From Antedon mediterranea (lineage: Eukaryota > Animalia > Echinodermata): a stretch of 64,000 nucleotides of DNA. Numbering within the stretch: the first letter of the stretch is position 1; the number at the start of each line of letters is the position of its first letter. Positions 28,301 to 43,300 of the stretch are shown piece after piece. The DNA is taken from positions 7,621,812 through 7,685,811 of the forward strand of contig NC_092675.1 in the NCBI RefSeq assembly GCF_964355755.1. Direction: 5' to 3'. The notes under the pieces are model-generated. The model searched no databases and was not told the DNA's origin. It worked only from the letters and a program-made list of their open reading frames with translations. The position numbers and the translations under genes were made by a program.

Positions 28301-31300
28301 CTTTAATAAACTATTTTAAGAATAAATATTACTTCTTAATTACAGTTATTTTAACTCAAGAAAGGACAGACTCTTTATCAATAGATTGTTTTTTGATAAT
28401 GGACCATTAAATACGGCAATGTTGCCTTGGCATTTATCAATCTTTTTGCTTAATTCAAGACATTTAAGAAATGTTCTTTTTATCTTGGGCAGTATACCAA
28501 CATTTATCTCGAAAGATGCAATAGTTTTTATAATTGCACGTGAGCAAATCTTAAGTCTTTACCAAGAGAAGACTTGTTTTACCATAAAACCATTAACATA
28601 GCGATAGACATAAACCCATGTCAAAGAAGTGACATGGGTTACGGTAGCACTGTCAACTGCTCTGTCATTGACTCACTCACAATTTACTATACATACCCAG
28701 TACTAGAGCTGTTGATATTCTGACCCTTATTTTCCAAATCTGAAGTCCCTAGCTCATAGACCTGTGAGAATATTCCCTGTAAATTACAGAAAAGAAACAA
28801 GAAACTGTAAATAAATCAAGTTATAATACTATATTTTCAATTGAAATTTGGGGATTCATTAGATTCTATCACATAACCATTTATTATAATCTCTTGGGAG
28901 TCAACTATCGCAAGGGAGCCCTCAATTGGCAATGACAAACAAACAAGTCATGTTAATTCATTGTCTGCCTGGTTGTGATGGATTTAGGATTTTGGGAAGC
29001 CCATAGGGCCTAAAAAATGTAAAATGAAGTATAGAATTAATGTTCTATTTTTTTGCATTGCAATTTATTGGGAACAGGGCCGGTTGGGCTACCATTGGAT
29101 CCACTTATAATTGGTGGGACGTGCTACTTCATTCAATTCTTCAATACAGTTTTGGTGGATTCTAGGACCATGTTAGACCAAATAACAATATGCCTATGTC
29201 CTTAGGTTATTACAAATCGAAGGCCCCCTATAGGACATTAGTACCCGGTGTTACAGTGGACTAAAGGGAAGTGGAGTAAAATTGAGGCTATTTGTGAAAG
29301 AGCCTATGCTGTGCATTGAGTTTCAAGTTTAGGTATCATAATGCATTACATTGTATCGGAAAAAATATCCACTCTAATGTTATACATTCACCAAATATCC
29401 CATTATTACCACTGACCACAACAAATACATCCAAATTTCACATTAACAAAGCAATTAAAACCAAGAGATTATTAGTATAGTAAGTTTTGGGATCAAACCT
29501 AGAAAAACAAGACTTAGAACAAGCTGTTCAAATGATTAATAACTATAAAAGAATAATTATTTGTTGATAAAAAGTGATTTTCCAAAATGTGTCTGTACCT
29601 CCACCCGTGTATTTAGTAATCAAGCATTTATGGTAATTTTGCACTGTATTGTTATCAATTGTTTTATTTTTAAAGTTGAGATGTAAAATTTTAAAAATAA
29701 AATTTGTTAGTACAGTATAGTTGTTCATTCATGAATGTGTACAGAATGGATTATCATGAGCTCATAAAAAACTTTGTCTTTTGGAAAATATCAGTAATTT
29801 TAGATTTGATTTGATTCACTGGGTGATAATTTCAATTTAATGACTTTTTATTAATATTATAATTTTGGGGGAAAATGACTTTAAAAAAAAAGAGTTTTTT
29901 TTTATTTATAAGAAACAATCAATTTTTATCTATGAATCGATGATTGAAAAATAACTGCAAGTGTAAAATCATTATCCAAGAAAACAAACATGCAAACCTC
30001 AAACAGATATGTATAAAAGAAGAATTTAAAGTGCATTGATGCGTGGTGAAATGTTTTTATTTAATACTATTCATTTAAAAAAAAAACAAATCAAAACAAA
30101 CTTGACGTGATAAAGAAAATATATCGACCGAGAGCATAATTGTTTTTCTATACATTCATTTTTAACACAAAGTTAGAATAGAAGAATGAATATCATGTTA
30201 TCAAATTTAAAATAAAAACCAAACCCAATCAACCGAAACAATAGTGTTTCATATTGAATATTCCAATAAAGATCTTCTGACGATAATAATTATAATGATA
30301 ATATGATTTTAATTATGTAAATTTGAGCGTCAATGATTATAATGATGATGAAGATGATGATAATAATAACAAAATTGAATTTATTGAAGTAATAAGAAAT
30401 GAGATTATCCTTGACCTTATAATGATAGATATTTATGAAGTATAATTCTCTACTTCTAAAGTCAAATTGTTAACATGAGCTGGATTCCATAGCTACAATT
30501 ATAAACAAACATACTGGAAACTACACCTGGGCAGAATGTTCTGCATCGTAAGATAACTCTATCGGACAGTTCTAGTATGTGTAGGGGTATGTGACAAGTA
30601 TTAAGCTCTGTCTACACGATCAAATTTTATGTTAAAAAAAAAATGTAATGTGCCTATATATGGACATGATGATGTCATGTCACTACCATATTTGGACACA
30701 GCACACTTTTTTTGTCAAACTAGTTTGATAGTGTAGACAGAGCTTTATAAGGAATTAAAGTTTACATCCCGAGAAAGACATATTGATACCAAACCACAAC
30801 ACCCATCAATACATCCATGATAACCAGTATAGGAAAATTACTACAAACAATTTACAGTATAAACTATTAATAGTCATGGTTTAAATCTTTCAAAAAACTG
30901 ACAGGCATGTCAACTTTTCTTAGAAAATATCATTTTTATTTTTACATCCAGCAATCTTTAAAACCAGCTTTTAAAACTATTAGATGGTCAGCTAAATTGG
31001 ATTTCGGGCTAATAAACAAACATACTGACTTGCTAAATGGGATAGTTGAACATTAAGCTATTAAAATCAACAAAACAATATTTTTACAAAAATATTCATA
31101 TTCTTAAAAAATATTTGGTAAACTGTGTCTGATTAGAAAATGAATTAAGAAGTCAAAGTATAAAAAGCGGAAATTAAGTTTAATAGTTTTTTCTATAAAT
31201 TTTGCAATTATAGTTGATTAATAAACGAATCTAACTTTTGCTATTTATATATTCTCATTTAATACTTATTTATTACTTATTTTTTAACCTTTACAAATTA

Positions 31301-34300
31301 GTCTGTCCATATTACTGTATCTCTTTACTTTATCATCTATTTAAATAATTTCTCTTCCTGTTTATCGTTAAAGAATTCTGAACTGTAATTGTAAATTAAT
31401 ATTTTTCTTTGCTATTTGGTATTTAAAATACAACATAGTCATCAGCTCTAGTCTATAACATTAAGTTTGACGTCAATTGAAATGGAAATGTTTTTATGAT
31501 GTACGTAAATGATTGTGTTTGTATTTTTAACTCATGAACAGATAATGGATGACCTCAAAATAAGAAAAAAAAGTTGTAAGTTCAAAGCATAATTACAATG
31601 AAATAGTGTTCTACATTTAAATTGTATGCCTATAAATGTTGCCAAGCAATATCAACCAAATAATGTTCAAATTTCTTCATTCAATATGATACTAGGACTA
31701 AAATAGTTTTTCTAAATTCTTTGTTTTAAAATAGTTTGGTGTTTCAAACTGTATGACTTTTACATAAACCATCAAGCCACGATGCTGACATCATATTTTT
31801 AACTTAAAAACAGTTACCATACTCTTGGTAGAAATGTTGGTGGCATGTTTCTCTATAAGTCTACAAACATAATAATTAATTGTTTTAAACTAATCAGCAT
31901 TGACTGTCACCTAATAAAGCTTCATACGATGGTTTATAGGGTGAATTTACATACAATAATGTGCATCAATAAATGGTTAAATATTAACACATTTAAAGTC
32001 TTCTAATTAAAGGTTATACACATTTTAACCAGGATTATAGATTCTACTTACAGATCAATCAAGGTATTAGAAAAAATGAATATTCAAGTAGAAAAAAATT
32101 ATGCTTTAAGATAAGGAGGCGATGGACTGCTTCATACATCATTGTGTTGTTTATCATATTTTCTAGTAAACATGTTCTGTTTCTCTCGTTTATTATTATA
32201 AACGTACTCTCTAAACATTTATCAACAGTCCAAGTGTTTAGACACTTCTTCCCTAAGGACACTATCATATGGAACACCATGTTAAATTTATGAGGCATAT
32301 ATATTCACAATATGTGATATACCGAACCAAATAAAACATGGCAAATTCTCGCTCATAAATAATGAAAGCAGTGTTCAGAGCGCCGCCATTTTGCTATGAA
32401 GCATCTACAGTATGGCCGTACAACATTTATGTTGAGAAAATTTAATACAACACTATAACTATAATTCAATATTCCCCTCCTTTCTTATTCTCCATTATTC
32501 ATACAAAAGCTTCCATAATTAGTTTCAGACATATTTTTCTGCTTTGGGCAGGATGGTTTGTTATTTGTGTTCCTGCATTTTTTTTCATTTCAAATGTTTG
32601 TTTATATGATTATCCAGTCTTTTTGTCTCCTAGTGGTCTTTTTATTTTCCTTTTTGCTTCCTCCATTGTTTGTTTAATTGGTGTATCACCTGGTAGTCTA
32701 ATTATTATCATTTCTTTACAATTATTTAATTATAAAAAATAAATTTATTGCATGGTAATCTTTTTAAGCACAATGATAATAATAATAATAATATTAGAGT
32801 TACAAACTATTATATAAAATCAAATGTTTTTACTATTACTAAAACTGTATTTTTTGAGTGAGGGTGGAGTTTTTATTGCATAATCTAACCAGAATGCTAA
32901 AATATGTTTAGATTGTACAATATTCCTAAAGTTATATTTAAAGTGAAATGCACTGAATTTACTACATTGGCAATGAGATGAACAATTTATATCATGAATA
33001 AAGCAATGGTAATTGATTGACATCATTTTAACATTTTTGGGGATACACAAATGATTTAAATATAATATTAGTATTAAATCAATAAGCTATAATGTTAAAC
33101 ACATTATTTGTTTTTATTACCTACAAAATAATCTTTAAAATGCAAAAACAGGATAGGAGATAATTTCCAGCGGTGTACTAAACAATTTATTTAAGACCAA
33201 AACAGTACATAAAAAGGTAGAAAAAGAATACAATATAAAAGTATATAATATATAATATGTAAATAGAAATAGTTCAATAGGTTATATAAAATATACATAA
33301 GCACACGAAAATTAACTTTGTTGGAGAATGCAAAGAGGAGAAAAAAGCCATTTTAAATATCCAAAATCGCAGTATTATAAGACATAAAAACAACAAAACA
33401 CATCAATCGGCTAAAGCTCAGAGACAAAAAAAAAACCAAATAAAAAACGACACTCTTAGAAAAAAAGTATTATAAACACCAATTCATTCATTAAATAATT
33501 TGACATACATGATATGTGTTCATATATGGCAAAGAAAAATAATCATTATATATTTTTGAGGTGATAAAGAAAATTTACAATATTAGTAGGCATGCCTATT
33601 ATAGTAGAGTTGTACTTATTTTTTGCTGAACGTAAAATGTTAAGAATTTATGACTTGTAAAATAATTGGTTATGTAAATAGGATAAAAGCAGGTAAAAAG
33701 CAGACATATCACAGTCTCAATGCTTGAATAAATGCAATTTCTACAAACACTAATAGATTCAGGGGAAGAAATAAAAAAATAGCAAGGTATAAAATGCAAA
33801 ACCAATATTAGTAAATAGAATAATATAAATAGCGTGTTATTTGTTTAAAATGCGTGAAAATAGATGGAAAAAAGTCAAGAGAAAGCAACAAAAAATGTGA
33901 GTATGCAAAGGAGGAGCAAGTTGCTTATGAATATGCAAATATGGGAGGAGCTTAGGTTATGAATATTCACCGTATCCTTCTCCTTTATCTGTCGGCGTTT
34001 ATTTCGCTTCTGTGAACATGAGCAGAATTAGATGAGAAATAAAAACAATAACTAACAAAGCGATGAACTAGGGTAATTTACTTTTTTTTCAAGCAAAGAA
34101 AATGAATTAGAAAAGATGGATTTTTTTTATATTTTGTGCCTTCTTCATTTCTTAAAAAAAAAAGAAGAGAACAATATCAACACACAAGCATGTACCACAG
34201 CCAACCATATATGGAGCAAAAAATATCAATTCATGAATAAACATGAGATGGTTGTGGTGGAATGTCTGAATATTACGCTACTGCAAAACGTTTCATTATC

Positions 34301-37300
34301 CAGAGTAGTAAGGAAAAACAAAATTACATGTAAATATGCAATTATTATAATACATTATGTATATTAATAATATTGTCTGTTGACCTCTCTTCAGCATCTG
34401 ACCTTTAACAAAGCAATGCATGAATATGAAATCAGCAATACATAAATATAGTATGGCTATTATATTATAGTTTTTATTAACAATGTTGTTATAATAAAAG
34501 AAAAAGAAACATGATACAATTATAGCACATGATTTCTTTCACATACATACCACAACATTGAACACATTTAATAACATGAAACAAATGACAACATTAAAAC
34601 AATGTTTACACCTGAAAACAAATAAAAATATGGAAAAAAACATTCAATCATCAACATGACATTTAAGACAGAAAACACAACATTACTGTACGTTTTTCTT
34701 GATTTTTAACCACACTTCACAATAGAAAGTTAAAATAAAAGTGGAAAACAGTTATGCTAAAATGGTTTCTAACGTGAGTGAGAGACAGCAATGTGGGAGT
34801 TATACTGAAAAAGACAAAAATCGATGATGAAAAAGCTGAAGATGATAAAGATATGATCATGATATTATAATTCATGAAGACGATGATGATGATGATTATC
34901 ATATTAGATGATTATAATATGAAAATGATGTCAATATGAATATTATGATTATATTTTTTTATAATGTGATAATGGTAATGATTTCTAGCATACTTTGACA
35001 TGAAGTTTACAGAAATATTCTATTCTTGGACTATTCTGGAGCATTTTTAATAAACACATCAATTCATAAACTTGGTAGAACGAAGCCTATAAATAGACTC
35101 ATCTTACATACAACAACAAGGTGGACCTTTCTGGCTTAATGGTTTAATTGAGTTCTCTGCTTGACTCCAATCTACACACAGGGTTGGGATGAAGAGGTGT
35201 TAGTAAGCCTAAAACTAACACACATTTCATTGCAATAACAAGCTGCCGAGCCTGAGCAAATCTTTCAAACCATTCTTTAAAACGCAAAAATATTTACAGA
35301 GGCTGAACCTGATATAAGATTTCAAGATCAGTTGGCAAAGATTACGATTGAAGCCGTCTGTACTTAAGGGATATCTTGTTTAATTATAGCAAATTGTCTT
35401 GTTTTACTTTATCAATTATTCATAATCAATTTCCTTTTTCATACATACTGTAAACATTTTTCGATAGATGATACAAGAATCAAATAAATTTATTGCTATA
35501 TATTATTTTGGTTATAATATATGAGGCAATCTATTTGTTGTAGCTATACTTCAATAAACACACTAAAGTATCAGTGAACAAATTACTATACCTGTATTAT
35601 GATAATTCTGTCTATAAAAATGAGGAGGCACAAGACCTAATGTTTATGGTAGTAATAATAATAAGTTATGTTTGCCCAGACTACCATGTTCATTTCTTTG
35701 TAATGGTCAAGTATACCCATTTCTACAATGTCTTTCCTTCTTAAAGCCTTCTAGCATCCCTCCCTCCTCAAAAGATGATCACAACATCTTTGTTGCAATC
35801 CCTCCCTCCTCAGAAGATGATCACAACATCTTTGTTGCAATCCCTCCCTCCTCAGAAGATGATCACAACATCTTTGTTGCAAACATAGTTGTCATGCTAT
35901 CTCTCATATTATATTCCAAGTTGCGATTCATCTTCTCTTTGACAGCACACATCTATGACAACTTAAATTGATGCATTTTCAATGAGAATTGTAATAAAAG
36001 ATCATTTCAACTCAAGAAATAAAAAAATGCTTAAAGAGTCATTAGATTGCAAGACGGTTTAATGTTCTCAAGTCTAGTCTACTTGTCTGGGGTAATTTTC
36101 AATCCTCTGTATTTAATGTGTTCTCTCGAATATCACCATAATATTGTCCGTAATAAATTTGTATGATAATGTAGAATTGTTTATATCCACTTTTTTTTTT
36201 AATGAAGAAGAATAAAGATACAGCAAAGAACCTATGGAATGATCACTGCAGAATCTGTTTAGGATTTAGCCTATTCTTACTCCTAGTTATTTTTCATTGC
36301 TGACCTAATAAATATTAGTAAAGTGTTTTATAGTGTTCTTCTTTTCTGTTAAATATTTTATATTCTACTATGAAATACACCCGGAACTATAGTATACCCC
36401 TTGTTCATTAAAAATGTCTTCCTAATAAAAGGTTGTTCCCTGAATAGGGTATCACAAAAAAATCATTCTACTGTAGTTTATAGTATCAAAATGTATCAGT
36501 TTTGTTTAAAAAAATATTAAAAAGTATTAGAAAAATGTACCAAAAGTACAGTGAAATGTATTTTCTGTCAAAGAAATGTTAAATACTGTGTTGTTTATGT
36601 CCAATATTTCTGACAGGTGACAAACTGGTCTATTGATTTGGATTTATCTACAACATTTGCAACAACATTTGTCGAAAAGAGTGAGTGGCATTTAATACAA
36701 AGGAATGATAATAACTGGATGTATGAGAATTTTCAAATAATTTAAATAAAATTGGGAAAAAATATAATATTGTCATATAAAAGAAGTTCATATATGTTTT
36801 TTTAATTTAATTATCATTTTTGGCTAAATTGTTAATGTATATTGCATCCCTGTCATCATATATCTGTTTAATTACGTATTAAAGAAACGTTATAGCTAAA
36901 ATTCATCTTTTGTACGAATTTTATTATTGTTATTATTATATTTAAAAAAAAAGACAAATGCGAATTTCAGCTTTGTCGCATACATAGATAAATGTAAAGT
37001 CTCTTGCATACGTCAATGCGTATGCATTTGAATATGATGACAATTACGAGACAATTGTAATAATATTCCACAATGAACGGAGATTGCTATGCATCAGGCT
37101 TCGGGCTTGCAAGATATGAAATGCCTATAGTTTGTGTTGAATTTCCGACAAATCGTGCAATATTATAAATTTGTCAATTTATTTCAACTGAGCAATAAAC
37201 TAATTCATTAATTTAGTATTGCATATCACAGAAAATTCTTGATAAGAATTTCACTGTTTGAATCATTGATTATTTTGTGGGTAGATTGTAAAGAGCAAAT

Positions 37301-40300
37301 CTAATATTTTTAGTTTATGATAAATTAAGAGCAAAATTAGTTTATGTGTGGAATTATTTTCCAAAGTATTGATTCAATTTGTTAGTTTTCTTTAAAAAAA
37401 ATGTGCCTGCATCTCATTTGAGGCTTAAGGAGTGAATAGAAACAGTTGTGAGTATACCTTGAGATTAAGCACCAACCTAGAGCTCCACTACATTATACCT
37501 AACATAATTTCCAAATGAGGAACAGAGGTAAAGGGAGGAACCAGAATTGTCAAATTAACCTGTTTCAGGAAGTGAGGTATGGAAAACTCTGGCGAGGAAG
37601 CTGTCGCAAGACAGAGAACTCAGTGAAGGATCCAGGAATACAGTGCTAGGGGCAAGCCCTCCTACTTTTGACAGCTACTTTTTGATATATTTAATTTAAT
37701 ATTATTTTGCCCTTTCCCATTTGGAACTGGGTAATGTAATTAGATATGACAAATAGGTAATGAGAAACCCATTGATTTGTTAGAGTGGGAAGGAAAAGAG
37801 ATTGAAGACTGAGGTAACTTTAAGCATCTATTTGATTTCTCTAGTAAAAAGAACAGCTTATATTCTTACATAAGCAACAATCTGGGCCGGATGTGGAGAT
37901 TACAGAACATAGCCTCAAGAAATACAGCGAATGAACTTACAACCTTATTCGTGTGTCAAACATTAAACCTATACGCAAGTCAATTGGAAACCAACATAGG
38001 GTATCGAGTTGTGTAGGTCGAAGTATCATGTTTCGCTGACAAAACACTGAACTGCCTACGTTTGATTGGACAAGGCAGACGAATATCTCTATTTAGTCCG
38101 TACTAATATTGAGCTATTTTTTTTATAGATTAGAGGCTTTGTTGTTAAAAGCAGACATCAAGCTGGGGTGAGTCGTATAACATTCGATGATCACATGACC
38201 ACATCATAAACATAACTAACGAACAGAACATTAGAGATTCAAACGCAATGCAACACCCTATTTGGTACGATATTACTGCAAGATTTGCAGAAAAATTATA
38301 AGATAATACAATAATTATTTAATGAAGAAATACTACACTCGGATTTCATGAATGATTAAACATAGAATGAAGAATAGATTTGATAAAGACTATTAGGTTA
38401 CTATAGACAAATGGTCTATAAGATATATACTGCATTCTAACTTTGATAATGCCGAATGGTTCTATAGAACATTAGATAAACATCATTTTGTTGACCATAA
38501 ACAGAAAAATGGTTTTAATGGTTTTAAATTTATATAAATAACATTTTTTTACCATTTTTGTAAACAATATCTGACCAATTCTTGGTCTGTAGAAATAGGT
38601 TTTAAAACAATGACCTCCTTTCTTATTTAAGATTTAAATGTTATATTTTATTACTTTTCTCATTGTTTTTATACTGTCCTATCACGTCACGCATGAAAAA
38701 TTAAACTTGGGTGTGAGTCACCTGGCAGTCCTCTTTTGACCTGTTATTTTATATTTTGTCTTGTCTGTCTATATTTATATCTATCTATAGTATAATCAAT
38801 GCAAATCAATGCTCCAATCCAAATAATTGTTTCAATAGCACTTTAGGGTAAAGAAGTTTTCTTTCACAATATTTTTAATGTTATCATTTCACATCGTAAG
38901 TTGGAAACTTCTTGATATTTAAATGGTGGATTTTAAACTTTACAATGATATGGGTTTGCAGGTCGCTTCATTGATATTGTATTTACAGATACAGTATAGA
39001 GATTCCTTTTATTATCCAAACTCAAATATTGGCTTGCCTAAAATAAAAATATGGGGAAAAAAAACTACTGTATCTAACAAATCTGTTATATTTGCAAATC
39101 TTGTATTGTAATTCAAGAGAAGGGAATCATGTACTGGATTTTACTTCCTGCAACTTGTTGTTGTTTGATCTTGACACCTTGTAAGAGATAAGACATTCAA
39201 ACAGTCTATGGTGACAAGAACCTTGTATTCATTGCAGTTCTTCTGTTGCTTCGTAAGTTTGGGACATTTTATACTAATGATATGCAACGATCTGATTCCA
39301 TGCAATTCAAAAATATCATATTTTCAAAGTCTTCAGTTTCATCAAGTTTTAAACATCTCAACTAATTATACTTGGCAATTCGAGACTACAAATACGGTAA
39401 TGCATTTGCAACATTTTCTACTTGGCCAATTTTGGAGCATCGTGATACTACGACTGTCCCTCTTAATTATATGCAATGATGATACTACAGCACGCTCTCC
39501 CCGAGGCACCTTCTAAAAACAACTCATCGTTATCGATTCAGCTGCAAGTTTACTATAAGTAATAGCACATATGAAATTACATAGAGAACGATAACGCCAT
39601 TATAAAAGGTTGACCAGGAGGTTTAAAGTGGGTCTCTTTGTCGTTTCATTTAAATTTTAAACATGACATTCTTTGAGATCAATCGAAATGCATAACTTAC
39701 ATAGCTCATTATAGTATGCATTTACTATCACAACAACCACGCTTGATTTATTATTGTCAAAAGTCTTGTGTCTAAAATAATACTTGAGCTTGTTTACGTA
39801 GCTTTATATGAAAAGCATAAGGACATGTTCAGGTCTATGTAGTTTTTTTTTATTACAAATAAACAAAATAACATTATAATTAGTTTTACGTTTTTGTTAC
39901 AAACTGAAGTGTCACAGATCAGGGAGAACATCTGGTATGTAAATTTGATTCGTTGCATGACTTTCAATAAATGTTTACCCCACTATAGCTTTGTGTCAAA
40001 CGAAAGACAGTGTCATAAGAGGTGCCATCCAATAATCTTTTCCAAGGTCTAACCAACTGTAGTTTACGCTAAATGCGATAAAAACCATATTAGACTATAT
40101 TAATATGAGTTTAACACATGCCAATACTTCACTATGACATGAGACAGCAAGCTTCTTTTCACACTCCAGCATGGGTTTAACACATGCCAATACGTCACTA
40201 TGACATGAGACAGCAAGCTTCTTTTCACACTCCAGCATGGGTTTAACACATGTCAATACGTCACTATGACATGAGACAGCATAGCTTCTTTTCACACTCC

Positions 40301-43300
40301 AGTATGGGTTTAAACACATGTCAATACATCACTATGACATGAGACAGCATAGCTTGTTTTCACACTCCAGTACGGTTTACTCATGCCAATACTTCACTAT
40401 GACATGAGACAGCATAGCTTGTTTTCACACTCTATTATGGGTTTAACTCATGTCAATACATCACTATGACATGAGACAGCATAGCTTGTCTTCACACTCC
40501 AGTATGGGTTTAACTCATGTCAATACGTCACTATGACATGAGACAGCATAGCTTGTGTTCACACTCCAGTATGGGTTTAACTCAATGTCAATGCGTCACT
40601 ATGACGTGAGACAGCATAGCTTGTTTTCACACTTTCGTATACTGAACCAATTTAGAGGCTGCCACAATTAGGCAAGCCCCGAGTCGACTTAATAAGTGTG
40701 AAAGGGCTCTCATTTCTGATGAGAGCTTAGCAGTTCCTAATTCATCAATTATGAGAGCTCATATCGGTTTAGTAGCTCTAATAGAAGAGGTACAGTACTT
40801 AAAAACATTTTTCATTGCAATGACTAAACTGCTACAATTACGTAACAAACAATGTAAGAATCAAATAAATGTGTGTATTTTTCCAAATTTTTCCAAATTT
40901 AGAAGTTTTTAAAGATTCTGCCAATCCATAGTTGTCATGTTCATATCTTTTCCGCCGTATCGCTTTATTTACATATTTATAATTATATTTTATAACTTAT
41001 AGTTATTAGTTAATTATAAAAAAATATTTGGAGCTATAATAAGTTTTTGGACAAATAATAAATTAGAGATTATTTGTAAATTTTGTTAACACATTGTTTA
41101 AACTGGTAATCAACAAACAGGACATTGCAGATACATAAAAATTGAATATATTTTAATTAATTTGTATGTAATTAATATTTTTTCATCATCTTGTACTCCA
41201 ATAATAAACATGACATCAGTTTTTGCAACTAACAGAGTCATTATCATTGACAGTTTGTATAGGTAACAGGACAGATTGTATTAATTGTGTTTACGTTAAA
41301 ATTTGCTCAAATGTAAATTATGACTATTCTTTCTGACATACAAGTATCTTATGACATGATAATTTGTAAGCTATTAAAAACTGAAAAATAATAATTTAGT
41401 CTTTAACAATTTTATAAATGTATATGTATTCAAATCCAAAGAAAATAAATTGGTTATACTTAATATGTTGTTTTATATTATTTCATAAATTAAACATTTT
41501 TTAAATTAATTATAATAATTTAATATAATTAATCACTACTAACATAAAATAATTATATATCTTCTTTGATTGACTTGTTTCAATGAATTGTGGCCCTGAT
41601 TTTTTAACTTTTGGCAAACAAGCTAAAATTTTGAGTAGAAATGGCCGAAAGTGTTTAAATAACAAATTTACACATTTTTATTTTGCAAAAATAATGTACT
41701 AAACACATAAAACATTTGACAATTAAAATCTACCACACAAATCTACTCTTCATCTGTCTCTATAAAAACTAGGCCATAAACATGTTTAATAGATTTTTAT
41801 ATAATTTTTCAACATTTTTATAGCTTTAGCAATAAGCATAGTATTATGTAGAATGGTCGTATAAATATTTAAGGCTAATGGGATGAGGGGGCGGTACAAA
41901 CATATGCAGTTAAGGTATTAATTCACTGTATAATGGGACAACGAAAATGACATTTAAAACTGTAGGTTTATAAATACAGAAAATGAATATAGAAATATAA
42001 TTTACAAGAAAGCTGTTCTGGGTTAATAAAAGCAATTATAAAACTTAAACAGTTAATTGGATAGATAATTACATACAATAAAAATAAACAAAACAATTTT
42101 AAATATAAAAATAGCAAAGCAGAAAACTAAATTATTTAAATGTTATGTTTCAGTGGGTTACTACGTCAGAATTAAACAGCTAGATAAATAATCCTAAATT
42201 AGCAAGCAAGCTTTTAATCCCGTTAAATCCGTTAAATATTATTTAAGTAATTAAATAACTTAAAAATAATTACTTGGGTACTGTAGAATTACACAACTAA
42301 GATACTGTAGCTAGATAGAAAACATATAATTAATATAATTTATGAAACAGAAAAATTATATTAGTTAATGTATAAAGGGGACATTATGTCACAACTAGAT
42401 AAAATAAGCTTAAAATAAAATTATTTTATATTAATATCATATGGGTTTATTCTTACATTCTATAGAAATTAAAACATGCACATTATAATAAAGAAGGGGC
42501 CATCACAACTCGAACGGCTGAATACAAAATACCTTTTATACAAACTTCACTATAAGCTTATTACGAGGGAGTAAATAGCCTAACGAATAAAATCTATACG
42601 ACGTGATTGCATGGTGTTAAAAGTGCGGCAAGTGTCTTTCGTGAAAACCCTGAAGGAATGCCCGAGAGGATACAAAATCATCACGTTACTTCACAAGTAT
42701 TTGTTAATTTTACGAGTAGGGGTGAGGGCATCTTTACAAGTTTTTACTATTTATTATATTACTGAAGAAGTTGTGAACTGCTAAGTAAAGATATCAAATC
42801 ACATTTCAATTCAATTGATTTATAAAGAAATATGTATTTTTATTTTATTTATTTATTTAATCACACTCTTGTATGATACAAGATCCGCCAATTATGGCTA
42901 TGTATTTATATATGTATTTAAAAAAATAGAATCATGATTTTAGAAGTACTCAAAAACAAGTTTCAATGTTGTTGTTTTTTTTGTCAATAATTATTGTTTG
43001 GTGGTATACAGTAGACCTACACTGAAAAAAAAAGACCCGCAAAATATGGACAAAAAGGATTGTTTGTTTGTTTGTTTGTTTTTATTTTTTGCTGATATAA
43101 AAATCAACAGTGGTACAGAAAATATATATACATCAAAAGTCGCAGACTTAACAAACAACAAAATCAGAATAAAGACAACAACAAGCAACGAGTAGGAGCA
43201 AAGGATAACCCTCTAAACCCGGAGGTTTGTATCCTGAGGGGTCCCGTACAGGTTGACTTGAGAAGAATATTAAAATTACACTTGAGATACACCCGGCCCA

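Noticed and set aside
35242-35367. Plus-strand peptide [21 protein letters not shown] resembling a GAF helix
   Set aside because: In-frame stop, wrong strand for the PDE, no following GAF strand; likely chance
40716-40770. CTGATGAG as a third hammerhead (also CTGATGA near 14306 and 21736 on the minus strand)
   Set aside because: No stem II followed by a properly placed GAAA and cleavage triplet
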